Origin: an archaeon
Lineage (GTDB): Archaea; Nanobdellota; Nanobdellia; Woesearchaeales; UBA9642
Assembly (NCBI GenBank): GCA_020057295.1
Contig: JAGVGF010000004.1
Span: forward strand, 59,312-123,311
Direction of reading: 5' to 3'
Length of the DNA stretch: 64,000 nt
Positions 21,691 through 31,493 of this stretch are shown here, piece after piece. Numbering within the stretch: position 1 is the stretch's first letter; each line of letters opens with the position of its first letter. The notes below the pieces were generated by a model. It had not been told where the DNA came from. It did not search any database and worked only from the letters and a program-made list of their open reading frames with translations. The position numbers and the translations under genes are program-made.

Positions 21691-22878
21691 GTGTCAAAAA
21701 TGGATAACAAACTATTCAAAGAATATGAGGATTTAATTCCAGCGAAAATTATAGATGATGTAAAAGCTAGTCTTCCAGATAAAATTTCTGACAGTAAAGT
21801 AAAGAAGATAATGGAATTAGTTTATGAAGAATATAAAAATTCTTTAGCTGAACCAGGAGAATCAGTAGGATTAGTAGCAGCAGAATCAATAGGAGAACCA
21901 TCCACTCAAATGACTCTAAACACATTCCACTTTGCAGGTGTATCGGAGATGAACGTAACTACAGGTTTACCAAGAATTATCGAAGTACTTGATGGTAGAG
22001 CAGAAATAAGTACCAAAATGATGCAGATATACTTAAAGAGTCCATACAGTGAAGGTAAGGATATTAAGAAAATAGCAGAATCAATTAAGGAAACAACATT
22101 AAAAGAATATATCAAAGAAACATCAATAGATATTGCAGAATCACAGATGATGCTTTCATTAGATGAAGATAAATTATCAAGAGTAGGAATGAAACCTGCA
22201 ACAATAATTAAAGTATTAGAAAAAGCATTCGCTAAAGGATACAGTTTCAAACCTTCAAAAGAAAATGAAAATGTGTTAATAATAAAATCTACATCTAAAG
22301 AAGATGATTTAAATAACATTTACAAACTGAAGGAAAAATTACAAGAAATATACGTTAACGGAATTAAAGGCATAAAACAAGTTTTGCCAGTAAGAAAAGG
22401 CGAAGAATATATTGTTGTAACATCTGGTTCAAACTTAAAAGATGTATTTAAGCTAGAATTTGTTAATCCAGATAAAACAATCACTAATGATATTTTTGAA
22501 ATTGAAAAAATATTAGGTGTTGAAGCAGCAAGACAAGCAATAATTGATGAAGTAGCAAAAGTCATTGATGAACAAGGATTAAATGTAGACTTAAGACATA
22601 TAATGTTAGTATCTGATATAATGACTACATCAGCAACAGTTCTTGGAGTAAACAGATATGGTATTGTTAAGGAAAAACCATCTGTACTTGCTAGAGCATC
22701 ATTCGAGACACCAATCAAGCACATAATAAATGCAAGTATCAGTGGTGAAACTGATTATTTAAGAAGTGTTATTGAGAATGTTATGATAAATCAAGTTGTA
22801 CCAGTAGGAACTGGATTACCAAGATTAACTGTAAAGGTTGAAAAGAAAGGCAAGAAAGAAAAATCTGAAAAAGAATAA
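21691..22878 (+). CDS. rpoA2: DNA-directed RNA polymerase subunit A''
   Basis: Rpb1 C-terminal segment homolog; operon position. Confidence 0.95.
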   Translation: MSKMDNKLFKEYEDLIPAKIIDDVKASLPDKISDSKVKKIMELVYEEYKNSLAEPGESVGLVAAESIGEPSTQMTLNTFHFAGVSEMNVTTGLPRIIEVLDGRAEISTKMMQIYLKSPYSEGKDIKKIAESIKETTLKEYIKETSIDIAESQMMLSLDEDKLSRVGMKPATIIKVLEKAFAKGYSFKPSKENENVLIIKSTSKEDDLNNIYKLKEKLQEIYVNGIKGIKQVLPVRKGEEYIVVTSGSNLKDVFKLEFVNPDKTITNDIFEIEKILGVEAARQAIIDEVAKVIDEQGLNVDLRHIMLVSDIMTTSATVLGVNRYGIVKEKPSVLARASFETPIKHIINASISGETDYLRSVIENVMINQVVPVGTGLPRLTVKVEKKGKKEKSEKE

Positions 22879-22929
22879 ACTATACAAGAACTAAAATAAA
22901 ATATACAATCAAAAAATTATGTTAAGGAG

Positions 22930-23199
22930 TTGAATAAAATGTATGAGGAAGAGATAAGAAAGCTATTGACAAGCAAAAAATTAATCATTGGAGAAGATGA
23001 AGTTTTAAAGAATGCACGTAAAGGTGCACTTGCAAAAGTATACTTAGCATCTAATGTTAAAAAAACACTTAATGCTGACTTACTTAAATACGCTAAGATT
23101 TCAAGCTTCGAAGTATTAGATACAAAAGTGGCTAATGATGAGCTTGGAACAGTATGTAAAAAACCATTTAGTATATCTACTATAGGGATGTTAAGATAA
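22930..23199 (+). CDS. rpl30e: Ribosomal protein L30e
   Basis: KKLIIGEDEVLKNARKGALAKVYLASN and its position after rpoA''. Confidence 0.85.
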   Translation: MNKMYEEEIRKLLTSKKLIIGEDEVLKNARKGALAKVYLASNVKKTLNADLLKYAKISSFEVLDTKVANDELGTVCKKPFSISTIGMLR

Positions 23200-23215
23200 G
23201 ATATATCGAGCAAGA

Positions 23216-23656
23216 ATGGAACTATTAAAGAAGGGTACAGCTGTAAAAACTGTCTATGATCTAGATATGATCAAGACAATAAATTTGTTTGAACAAGTTA
23301 CACATGCAAGAGTTAAAGAAGCATTCTATATGAAGGATGTTTTGACTTTTATCGTGCTTGAAGGAGACAAGTTTAAGGCTTTAGGTAAAAACCTTTCAAA
23401 TCTTCATAAGATTGAACAAATGCTTTCCAAAAAAGTTAAGATAGTTGAATTTGACTCGGACATGACAAAATTTATAACTAATTTAATATACCCTTATAGG
23501 GTAGAAAGTGTAGTATTAAATGATAAAGTTGTTACAATCACTGATTCAGACAACAAAACTAAAGGTTTAATAATTGGTGCTAAGGCACAAAATCTTAGGA
23601 TGTATGAAGGTATAGTGAAAAAATATTTTGAGATAGAAGAAATAAAAGTTTTGTAA
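23216..23656 (+). CDS. nusA: Archaeal NusA-like transcription factor (two KH domains)
   Basis: About 145 aa with KH-like GxxG (LIIGAKAQN), in the conserved L30e-NusA-S12 position. Confidence 0.85.
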   Translation: MELLKKGTAVKTVYDLDMIKTINLFEQVTHARVKEAFYMKDVLTFIVLEGDKFKALGKNLSNLHKIEQMLSKKVKIVEFDSDMTKFITNLIYPYRVESVVLNDKVVTITDSDNKTKGLIIGAKAQNLRMYEGIVKKYFEIEEIKVL

Positions 23657-23726
23657 AACTTTGTGTTTTATGAGACAAATTATTTTTTAAAATAAAAATT
23701 ATGTTAAATTTTCGGAGGAGTATAAG

Positions 23727-24164
23727 ATGAGCAAGAAGAGTTCAGGATTAGGCGCGGCAAAAAAATTAGCAAAGAGACGTGCAACATTTAGATGGAATGA
23801 TAAATGGTTTGTTAAGAGAGTAACACACTACAAAGAGAGATCAGATCCTTTAGAAGGAGCATCACAGGCATCAGGCATAGTTTTAGAAAAGACTCAAATC
23901 GAAGCTAAGCAGCCAAACTCTGCAATGAGAAAATGTGTAAGGGTACAATTAATCAAGAACGGTAAACAAGTTACTGCTTTTGCTCCAGGAGATGGTGCTA
24001 TTAAGATGATTGATGAGCACGATGAAGTTGTTATCGAACAGATTGGTGGTAAAATGGGTAAGACCAAAGGAGACCTTTCTGGAATAAGATGGCAAGTCAT
24101 CAAGGTTAACAGTCAATCCTTAGATGCATTATTAAAAGGAAAGATAGAAAAGGCAAGAAAATAA
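23727..24164 (+). CDS. rps12: Ribosomal protein S12 (uS12)
   Basis: [31 protein letters not shown]. Confidence 0.95.
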   Translation: MSKKSSGLGAAKKLAKRRATFRWNDKWFVKRVTHYKERSDPLEGASQASGIVLEKTQIEAKQPNSAMRKCVRVQLIKNGKQVTAFAPGDGAIKMIDEHDEVVIEQIGGKMGKTKGDLSGIRWQVIKVNSQSLDALLKGKIEKARK

Positions 24165-24220
24165 ACTCTTTAATTTTTTATTTTTATTATATTATTCTAA
24201 ATCATTCTTGTTATTATTAA

Positions 24221-24817
24221 GTGGATACATTTTTAAATAAGCTCTTTCTAGTATTAGCTATGTCGTCTATTAAAGAGAAACTTTTAGAAACGCGTCCATC
24301 TTTTGATAGCCTGGATTTATCAAAAGTAACTGCTTGCAATGTTTATAATCCTATGGAAGTTCGTGGCAGAATTGCAGAAGCTTTTGTGCTTCAGTGGTTA
24401 ACTCAAATGCAAGTAGAATTTATAAACTGTTTTTCTAATGTTGTTAATCATAAAAGATGGATTGCACATAATCATGGAGTGACTGTTTATGATGGAGGAA
24501 ACTCTATAAGAGAATTTGATTTTGTATTTTCACATGATTCAAATGTGTATGTTGCTGAAGTTAAATCATTGAAATTAAATGGGATAGAGCAAAAAATACC
24601 TCGTTCTTTAGACCTTGCGCAAGAACAATTTCAACAACCAGTGCATATGTTATTATTCTTTCCTCAATATACAAACAAGGTTGTTGATGCAAAAAATATT
24701 GAAGATAGACATCCTCAAGTAATATGTATTGATACAGGTTATAAGAGAAAAGGTTTAGAAAATGCTGTAAGCAGATTCTACGCCTCTAGACATTATGCTT
24801 CAAGGTCTGTGTTATAA
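24221..24817 (+). CDS. Hypothetical protein with a PD-(D/E)xK (YraN/UPF0102-like) nuclease-fold motif; the true start is possibly ATG 24260
   Basis: GRIAEAFVLQWL...REFDFVF...VYVAEVKS resembles the G-x-GE...E-x-D...E-V-K pattern. It sits where S7/EF-2 normally follow S12. Confidence 0.4.
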   Translation: MDTFLNKLFLVLAMSSIKEKLLETRPSFDSLDLSKVTACNVYNPMEVRGRIAEAFVLQWLTQMQVEFINCFSNVVNHKRWIAHNHGVTVYDGGNSIREFDFVFSHDSNVYVAEVKSLKLNGIEQKIPRSLDLAQEQFQQPVHMLLFFPQYTNKVVDAKNIEDRHPQVICIDTGYKRKGLENAVSRFYASRHYASRSVL

Positions 24818-24888
24818 TATCTCTTGCCAAAATATCTCTTTCCCAAAATTTATAAATAGCCATTATTTTCTCGATTCTAGGTGATATT

Positions 24889-25572
24889 ATGGTTGCAAAG
24901 AAAGTTTCTAAAACAAACACATCTAAAATGGATGTAAAATCAAAAACAGATGCAAAGTTAAAGTCCGATGTTAAGACATCTAAAGATTCAAAGACTGCAA
25001 AGTCTGAGAAGAAAACTGTTAAGGTTGAAAAACCTTCAATGGTTGCTAACGGACATTTAGTATCAGTAGAATATGTTGGTACTCTAGACTCGGGTGAAGA
25101 ATTTGATAATAGCAAGAATCATGGTCCAATACAGTTTGTGGTTGGTTCAGGTCAAGTAATTAAGGGATTTGATACCGCTGTTCTTGGAATGAAAGTTAAT
25201 CAAAGTAAAAAATTCAATATCCCAAAAAATGAAGGTTATGGAGATATAAATCCAGAAATGGTTCAAGTAGTACCTTTGGAAAAAATTCCTGACCACATAA
25301 AATCACAATTAAAAGTCGGCGGATTTTTAGTAATGCAGGCGCCAACAGGTCAACAAATACCAGCAAAAGTCTTGAAGATGGATAAAAAAACTGTTAGTCT
25401 AGATATGAATCATCCATTAGCTGGTAAAAATTTAACATTTAATATAAAAGTTGTAGATATCAATGTCGCGCCAGAAGCAGGAGACTGTTGTGGAGGCGGT
25501 TGCGGTGATGGTGATTGTGGTGATGACGGTTGCGGCGATGAATGCGCATGCGGACATGACCATAAAGGTTAA
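24889..25572 (+). CDS. slyD: FKBP-type PPIase (SlyD-like) with a Lys-rich N-terminus and a Cys/His-rich metal-binding C-terminal tail
   Basis: FKBP core GHLVSVEYVGTLDSGEEFDNS...PIQFVVGSGQVIKGFDTAVLGMKVNQSKKF and the tail DCCGGGCGDGDCGDDGCGDECACGHDHKG. Confidence 0.8.
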   Translation: MVAKKVSKTNTSKMDVKSKTDAKLKSDVKTSKDSKTAKSEKKTVKVEKPSMVANGHLVSVEYVGTLDSGEEFDNSKNHGPIQFVVGSGQVIKGFDTAVLGMKVNQSKKFNIPKNEGYGDINPEMVQVVPLEKIPDHIKSQLKVGGFLVMQAPTGQQIPAKVLKMDKKTVSLDMNHPLAGKNLTFNIKVVDINVAPEAGDCCGGGCGDGDCGDDGCGDECACGHDHKG

Positions 25573-25637
25573 ATTTTTTTATTTATTTCTTAAATTTTCA
25601 ATATATTTATTTAAAACATAACACTGAGAGTATAACG

Positions 25638-26027
25638 ATGGCGCACTTAATAGCATGTTTAAGTTCTGGAAAGGGTACGTGGACTGAATTAGGAAAAATA
25701 ATAGATTCTAAATTATTTGATAAAATATACTTGATAACAAACGATTTTTTTAGTCAAACTTATACTATTCCAACAATTAACGGAGTAAACATACAACTTG
25801 TCGTTCTAGATTTTAATAAAGCATCAGAAGATTTAGTACCAGAACTTTATGTTATTCTAAAGAAAAAATTTCTCGAAGATAAAATACAAGATTTAGACAT
25901 AGCTGTAAATATAACTTCTGGAACTGGCAAAGAACATTCAGTCTTAATTTCTACATTAATGAAACTTGGCTATGGAATAAGATTGGTTAATTTAGATAAA
26001 CAAGGAAATATTCTAGAAATGATTTAA
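25638..26027 (+). CDS. Hypothetical 129-aa Rossmann-like protein (possibly CARF/SLOG-like)
   Basis: LIACLSSGKGTW...ITSGTGKEHSVLISTLMKLGYGIRLV glycine-rich loops. Weak. Confidence 0.3.
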   Translation: MAHLIACLSSGKGTWTELGKIIDSKLFDKIYLITNDFFSQTYTIPTINGVNIQLVVLDFNKASEDLVPELYVILKKKFLEDKIQDLDIAVNITSGTGKEHSVLISTLMKLGYGIRLVNLDKQGNILEMI

Positions 26028-26062
26028 ATTAATTGTATAATTTGAATTATTAATTTTAAAGT

Positions 26063-26668
26063 TTATTTCTTTACGCTAATATACACTCTGTATCCGCGTT
26101 TCTTACAAAGTTCACCAACATTGCCAAAAACTTCAAGCATTATTTTTTTTAAACTCTCTCCGCCCTTATTATGTGGTGCAACTAGTTGGAATAGGCCATC
26201 TTTATTCAAGTGCTCTTTTGACTGTTTAATTATTTCTATACATACAGCTTTTCCTGCACTGAATGGAGGATTTGTTAATATTACGTCAAATTTTTTGCTT
26301 TGCAATTCGGGATTACTAAAAATATCACTTTTGATTACCATACATTCTGCGTCGTTTTCATCACAATTCTGTCTACTTAATTTTATTGCACGATCATTAA
26401 TATCGCTCATTGTAACATTTAAGTGCGGATATTGTTTTTTTAATGCAATTCCCACTATTCCATAACCACATCCCATGTCTAATAGTTCAGCATCATTTTT
26501 TGGTATTTTAGAATTTTTTATTAACAATTCTGTACCAAAATCTATTTCCTTCAATGAAAATATTCCTGAACCAGAATTTACAATAATTTTTTGATCTAGA
26601 ATGTCAACTTCAAATCGTTCTTTCCGAAATTCTGATTGCGGCCTTTCGGTAAAGTAGTGTTCGACCAT
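26063..26668 (-). CDS. Class I SAM-dependent methyltransferase (small MTS domain, RsmC/RlmG-like)
   Basis: LDMGCGYGIVG (motif I) and ILTNPPF (motif IV, NPPF). Confidence 0.75.
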   Translation of the reverse strand: MVEHYFTERPQSEFRKERFEVDILDQKIIVNSGSGIFSLKEIDFGTELLIKNSKIPKNDAELLDMGCGYGIVGIALKKQYPHLNVTMSDINDRAIKLSRQNCDENDAECMVIKSDIFSNPELQSKKFDVILTNPPFSAGKAVCIEIIKQSKEHLNKDGLFQLVAPHNKGGESLKKIMLEVFGNVGELCKKRGYRVYISVKK

Positions 26669-26669
26669 T

Positions 26670-27377
26670 TTATTCCTGAATAATATTTAATAATCTAAAT
26701 GCAAATGCATCGGCAACTCTTATAGCTTCAGTAGCATTTTTAGATTCTAGAGTTATACAATTTCTATTTATACTAACCAAATTTTTATCACTAATAACTT
26801 GATATATTATTAAATTATCATAAGATTCGTTCCCACAGTTAACAACTGCCACATCTTGACTAGTATTGGAACCATACATTGGTCTGCTTATTGCTGACTT
26901 AACTCTCATATTATAAATATTATAACTATCGCCTAAAAGTCTAGCATATTCTACACCAGCCAATACTACTCTTGAAGAAGCATCAGGATCAACAGTTATG
27001 TATACTGTACCATTCTTATAGAAACTAAATTCTTTAACACGATTAATGCTTTTAGCATCCACAGGGATATCTAGTATTTCAGTAGGATTATTATAGAATG
27101 GTATGTTATATAATTGTTCCTTAATTAATTGTTGTGTCATCCATTTATTGCCTTCAAACTTTTCAAAAGTATAATTATTATATACCACAATGTTTTTGTT
27201 GGTATTAGAATATTTGCCAAAAATTATTATTGCAGCTAGAATACCAATAACTATTGCAACAATCACGAGTATGGTTATTAAAGATTTTTTACTATCAACA
27301 GGTTTTGTATCACTATCACTAACATCCTCGTTAGTATGATGCATTTCATGTGTCTTATGATGTTCGTGTTCTGTCAT
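26670..27377 (-). CDS. Membrane-anchored hypothetical protein with a His-rich N-terminus
   Basis: N-terminal HEHHKTHEMHH, one TM helix, and a predicted extracellular domain. Confidence 0.4.
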   Translation of the reverse strand: MTEHEHHKTHEMHHTNEDVSDSDTKPVDSKKSLITILVIVAIVIGILAAIIIFGKYSNTNKNIVVYNNYTFEKFEGNKWMTQQLIKEQLYNIPFYNNPTEILDIPVDAKSINRVKEFSFYKNGTVYITVDPDASSRVVLAGVEYARLLGDSYNIYNMRVKSAISRPMYGSNTSQDVAVVNCGNESYDNLIIYQVISDKNLVSINRNCITLESKNATEAIRVADAFAFRLLNIIQE

Positions 27378-27420
27378 AATATCTCCTCGAATTGTGTTAT
27401 AAAAATATAAAACGTATGGT

Positions 27421-28029
27421 TTAAGACATTATACCATAGTATGTGTACACAAATCTATCTTTTAATGCTAGCAATTCTTTTAATTTACCGTTCATTATAA
27501 TACAGTCAGGATATTCTTGAGAAACATTAAAATTAGTTGTTGATGAAGAGTTAATTAGTATGAAAGGCATGTAGAAACTAGAGTTTCTACAATCAACAAC
27601 AGGCAAAGTATATTTTGTTGAATTTTTTGTAATTCCAAAATATACTGGTTTATCAATTTGTGATTGTAATTCGTAACGCATAACATCAATATATACAAGA
27701 TTATCAGTAACATTATCTTCAGGATCAAATACAAATACTACTCCTTGACTAGCCTTGATTTTAGCCATAATATTTGGATCTAATGATATTCTTTCTAAAT
27801 CTCCAGGATAATAATAGAAGTCAATGTACTTACCGTTTATTTGAGTTTTATATCCATTATCTGTTATAGTAAATTTTTTTCCATTATAAGTTGGACTATT
27901 ATCAGATTGTCCTGTATCTAAAACTACAAAAGCGAATATACTAGCAACCATCAAGAACGCTATAATTATTGTCATTATGACGCTTATTTTTTTCTTACGT
28001 CGTTCGTATGCATCAAGTTTTCTCATCAT
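27421..28029 (-). CDS. Membrane-anchored hypothetical protein with the same N-in TM-plus-ectodomain layout as its neighbour
   Basis: N-terminal TM helix followed by a Cys-containing ectodomain. Confidence 0.4.
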   Translation of the reverse strand: MMRKLDAYERRKKKISVIMTIIIAFLMVASIFAFVVLDTGQSDNSPTYNGKKFTITDNGYKTQINGKYIDFYYYPGDLERISLDPNIMAKIKASQGVVFVFDPEDNVTDNLVYIDVMRYELQSQIDKPVYFGITKNSTKYTLPVVDCRNSSFYMPFILINSSSTTNFNVSQEYPDCIIMNGKLKELLALKDRFVYTYYGIMS

Positions 28030-28071
28030 TACACCTATTATTATATATTAAATTATTTTAAATCAAGAAGT

Positions 28072-28341
28072 TTATAATACATCTTCTATTGGTTTCTTCT
28101 TACCAGGATTTTGTGAGGAGGTTTGCTTCATTTGTTCTACTTCCTTCTGCAAGTCTACGCCCAATTCGTTAAGTGCTGCAACGTGCATCTGCATTAATTG
28201 TTCAACAATAGATAACATTCTAGCTAACTCTTGTCGTTCTTTAGCTAAAGTAGACAATGCTCCTTTATGAAATCCGATTTGTTCATCCTTAGAAACATTC
28301 TTTGAAACCTTTTTAGTATCTTTCTTATCATTCTTAACCAT
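28072..28341 (-). CDS. Hypothetical small charged protein
   Basis: ORF only. Confidence 0.3.
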   Translation of the reverse strand: MVKNDKKDTKKVSKNVSKDEQIGFHKGALSTLAKERQELARMLSIVEQLMQMHVAALNELGVDLQKEVEQMKQTSSQNPGKKKPIEDVL

Positions 28342-28495
28342 ATCATATCACCAATAAGATGAATAAGTGCACACTTTATATATTTTTCCCTAACTTCAAG
28401 ATAAACCTTTATAAACCCTCCTCTTATACTATAGCATAGCCAAAAAGGCATATTAGACATAAAAAAGTCTGAAACAGAATATAAAAAAGGATAAA

Positions 28496-29095
28496 ATGGC
28501 ATATAATATTACTAATAATAGCGGAGTATTATTTAATGAGGCAAATATTGCCTTATCAATAATTAACCCAATAATAATTAAGGTTATAACAGCGATACTT
28601 ATATTCTTAATAGGATTTGTTATAGGAAAGATTGTTCAGAGGTTGATAATTAAATTTTTTGAAATAAGTGATTTGGATAAATTATTCAAGAAAAAGATAG
28701 GATTAAAATTTTCTGTATCAAAAGTTACAGCAGCAATAATATCTTATTTTATATATATTATATCTATAGTAATGGCATTAAATAAGTTAGAAATAGCAAC
28801 CACAATAGTAACAACCATAGTTATTGTGCTTGTAATAATACTTATATTATTTGTAATATTTGGTCTTAACGATGTTTTTGCGAATTTACTAGCAGGATTT
28901 ATGGTGAAGTTTAAGAAAAATATTAAGGCAGGAGATTATATAAGAATTAGTGATAAACGTATAGAAGGATATATTGTCAGTATGAACCTATTAAATATTC
29001 GTCTGGAAACAAAGAAAGATGAAATGGTATTTATCCCGAATATGATATTATTCAAATCAGAAATAGTAAAACCCAAAAAAATTCCGAAACATTAA
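28496..29095 (+). CDS. Small-conductance mechanosensitive channel (MscS-like)
   Basis: TM helices followed by a GDYIRISDKRIEGYIVSMNLLNIRLETKKDEMVFIPN MscS-type beta domain. Confidence 0.6.
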   Translation: MAYNITNNSGVLFNEANIALSIINPIIIKVITAILIFLIGFVIGKIVQRLIIKFFEISDLDKLFKKKIGLKFSVSKVTAAIISYFIYIISIVMALNKLEIATTIVTTIVIVLVIILILFVIFGLNDVFANLLAGFMVKFKKNIKAGDYIRISDKRIEGYIVSMNLLNIRLETKKDEMVFIPNMILFKSEIVKPKKIPKH

Positions 29096-29122
29096 AACTG
29101 TTCTATTTTTAAAAACATATTT

Positions 29123-29395
29123 TTATTGACTATTTAGTTTTTCTAACATGCTAGAAATAGTATATATTTGCGTTCTAATGAATGATGGAAGGTTTAAATC
29201 TTCAGAAACTTCATCAAGATTATGTAATGATTTACTTACCTTTGTGGAAACATCAGTGTCTTCTTTAAGATCAGAAATGATTATTTCAATCTTAATTTTA
29301 ACGTTCTTTGGAACGCCATCATCATCTTTTAATGAATTCAACGCATGAATAATTTCATCGCACTCTTGTCTCAAAATTTCTTTATCTTTAATCAT
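29123..29395 (-). CDS. UPF0147-family small archaeal protein
   Basis: Size and VPKNVKIK motif region. Weak family recall. Confidence 0.45.
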   Translation of the reverse strand: MIKDKEILRQECDEIIHALNSLKDDDGVPKNVKIKIEIIISDLKEDTDVSTKVSKSLHNLDEVSEDLNLPSFIRTQIYTISSMLEKLNSQ

Positions 29396-29403
29396 TTTAT
29401 GCT

Positions 29404-29763
29404 CTATTTACTTGTAGTCTTAGTTTTCTTATCGCTGTTTTTGTTTTCTAAAGTTTTCATAACTTCTTGTTGTATCTCTTCAGCCTTAACGCGCATTTTA
29501 TCTTCTTGTTTTTCTATAGTGCTAATCCTAATAGTTAACATCTCTTTTTTTTCTTCTAACTCTTTCTTTAATTTGTCTCTATCTGTTAACACCATTATAT
29601 TTCCTATAATCTTATAACTTTGAGTAGTAGTATTTAATTCACTTAATGCAGTCTCTATCTCTGTCTGTTGTATCTGAAACTGTTGTCTCTGATTAGAAAA
29701 ATTCTCAAGATTCTGTTGTATTAATTGTATCTGTCCTATTTTTTCTTGCATTTGTTCATCCAT
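29404..29763 (-). CDS. pfdB: Prefoldin beta subunit
   Basis: Coiled-coil-hairpin-coiled-coil layout (QQ...GNIMVLTDRD...EEKKEML) and position next to pcc1/rpoP. Confidence 0.85.
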   Translation of the reverse strand: MDEQMQEKIGQIQLIQQNLENFSNQRQQFQIQQTEIETALSELNTTTQSYKIIGNIMVLTDRDKLKKELEEKKEMLTIRISTIEKQEDKMRVKAEEIQQEVMKTLENKNSDKKTKTTSK

Positions 29764-29764
29764 T

Positions 29765-29992
29765 TTAATTACCCTTTAATGCCTTAGTTTTTTCCCAAAC
29801 CAGTAATACCTTTGTTATAGTATTAAATGCCGTTTTCAATGCTGTAGCGTCTTGTGCTTCAATATTAAAAATTAGGGTTTTCTTATCCTTCTTAATAGTA
29901 TATGTTGCCCTATTCAACGTCCTATCTTCAGGTATAAACAACTTCTCTATCTGATCCAAATCTTCAGTTACATTTATTGTTGACTGATACAT
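29765..29992 (-). CDS. pcc1: KEOPS complex subunit Pcc1-like
   Basis: About 75 aa with FNIEAQDATALKTAFNTITKVLLVWEKT, in the conserved L37Ae-RpoP-Pcc1-prefoldin cluster. Confidence 0.55.
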   Translation of the reverse strand: MYQSTINVTEDLDQIEKLFIPEDRTLNRATYTIKKDKKTLIFNIEAQDATALKTAFNTITKVLLVWEKTKALKGN

Positions 29993-29993
29993 T

Positions 29994-30131
29994 TTATCTG
30001 GCTTTAACCTTTGTTATTGACGTTCTTGGCTTAAATATTAGTCTAGAACCACAATATGGACACCTAACTTTCTTCTTAATATATGTGTCAGCAACTGTCT
30101 TGCTGCATGAGAAACATTTGTAATCAACCAT
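29994..30131 (-). CDS. rpoP: DNA-directed RNA polymerase subunit P (Rpb12 homolog), 45 aa, not in the ORF track
   Basis: Manual translation gives MVDYKCFSCSKTVADTYIKKKVRCPYCGSRLIFKPRTSITKVKAR with a C-x2-C...C-x2-C zinc ribbon. The stop lies 1 nt before the pcc1 start. Confidence 0.85.
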   Translation of the reverse strand: MVDYKCFSCSKTVADTYIKKKVRCPYCGSRLIFKPRTSITKVKAR

Positions 30132-30138
30132 TTTAACC

Positions 30139-30396
30139 TCACTCTACGGATCTTATAGCAGGCACTTTTGATACAGTGTATGCTCTACTAGTAAACTTTG
30201 CCTTACATTTATCACATTGCCATATACCTGTCGATATTCTACCAACTTTTGGAAACGCGCAGTATGGACATTTATGCTTCTTTTTTTGTTCAACTTCTAT
30301 TAATGCAACCTTTTCTCTATTTCTACGCCCATATCTTGTACCGTATCGTCCAACGGCTTTATAGTGTTTCATTGACTCTGCCATCTTAAACCTCAC
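30139..30396 (-). CDS. rpl37ae: Ribosomal protein L37Ae (eL43)
   Basis: KAVGRYGTRYG...CPYCAF...GIWQCDKCKAKF. Confidence 0.9.
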   Translation of the reverse strand: MRFKMAESMKHYKAVGRYGTRYGRRNREKVALIEVEQKKKHKCPYCAFPKVGRISTGIWQCDKCKAKFTSRAYTVSKVPAIRSVE

Positions 30397-30468
30397 ATGT
30401 AATATTAAAAGGATTAAAGAGGGATTTATAAAGGTTATTGTGTGATACGCTTATAGAATTAGGTTTTT

Positions 30469-30933
30469 TTAAGTTCTAAAATAAGGACCGTTAGTTGAGG
30501 AGTGAACTCTGTTATTATATTTCATATTCTGTGATTTTAATCTAGTCATTAACTTATTTGCATACTCTTTTTCATGAATTCTCCAAGATTCATGACCTTC
30601 TCTAAGAGTTAAAGGATGATTATCTGGAGAGTTACCTGGTGGTATGATTGTTCTGCTGGTTCTAAAATTTGTCTGAACTTGGCCTGTGGTTTGCTGATTG
30701 GTTGGTATATTGTTTTGAAATGTGTAACTTGTAGTGTTTAAGAATAAATCGAATATGTGTGGATTACTTTTTTCTGAATCTTCTGACGAGTTTTGATTTA
30801 TATTGTCTTCTGACCAAGAATTTTTGTAGGGTTTTATATCTACTATTTCTGGTCCTGTTTTATTTTTAGCTTCTGCAGCTTGCGTGGTTCCTAATGCTAG
30901 TCCTGCGCATAGTGCTAGTTCTAATTTGTTCAT
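30469..30933 (-). CDS. Secreted hypothetical protein (Sec signal peptide with AXA site)
   Basis: MNKLELALCAGLALGTTQAAEA signal peptide and an N/Q/T-rich mature part. Confidence 0.4.
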   Translation of the reverse strand: MNKLELALCAGLALGTTQAAEAKNKTGPEIVDIKPYKNSWSEDNINQNSSEDSEKSNPHIFDLFLNTTSYTFQNNIPTNQQTTGQVQTNFRTSRTIIPPGNSPDNHPLTLREGHESWRIHEKEYANKLMTRLKSQNMKYNNRVHSSTNGPYFRT

Positions 30934-31118
30934 AGTATTATTAGAACTAACTTATATATAAATGTTTCGTTTTTTAACTACTCTTAAGGGACAAAAATAA
31001 AAATGATTTTATTCTTTTTTAGATCCATTTCCCTTTAAGAAAGAAAAATTTCTAAAGAATTCATAATGAACATAATTTAATTCAGTTCTAGTTTCCATTA
31101 CCATTGCGATATTTCTTT

Positions 31119-31493
31119 CTATCTATATTGCCTGTTTTCTGTCATATAAGTCATTCTTAAATTTTCGAGGTCGTTGTGTACATATTTTAATAGATATTCA
31201 TTATAACGCTGTAATGCTTCGTGACTTCCAAGCAATTCTCCTGCTCGTGCGCGTTGAGAAATATTTAATAATGTATCTATGTGTCTTCGCGCGGTTGGTG
31301 GTGTTGTTAGTAAGATTGTTATATCTGTAAATTCCTGTACTAACGCTTTCTTTACATCAGCATTTGTGACTTCTTTTCTTAGCAATCTGTTTCCGTCATG
31401 TTCTCCAAATACAAAATAGAAGAATATTTCCTGCAAATTTTGAACATGACTCATGTTGTAAGAAAAGCAAAACCTATTTAAATATGTTACCAT
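31119..31493 (-). CDS. Hypothetical protein, divergent from the primase gene
   Basis: ORF only. Confidence 0.3.
   Translation of the reverse strand: MVTYLNRFCFSYNMSHVQNLQEIFFYFVFGEHDGNRLLRKEVTNADVKKALVQEFTDITILLTTPPTARRHIDTLLNISQRARAGELLGSHEALQRYNEYLLKYVHNDLENLRMTYMTENRQYR

Noticed and set aside
25490-25560. GC-rich repetitive DNA (ggcggttgcggtgatggtgattgtggtgatgacggttgcggcgatgaatgcgc) as a possible non-coding repeat
   Set aside because: It is in frame within the FKBP gene and encodes the Cys/Gly/Asp-rich metal-binding tail.
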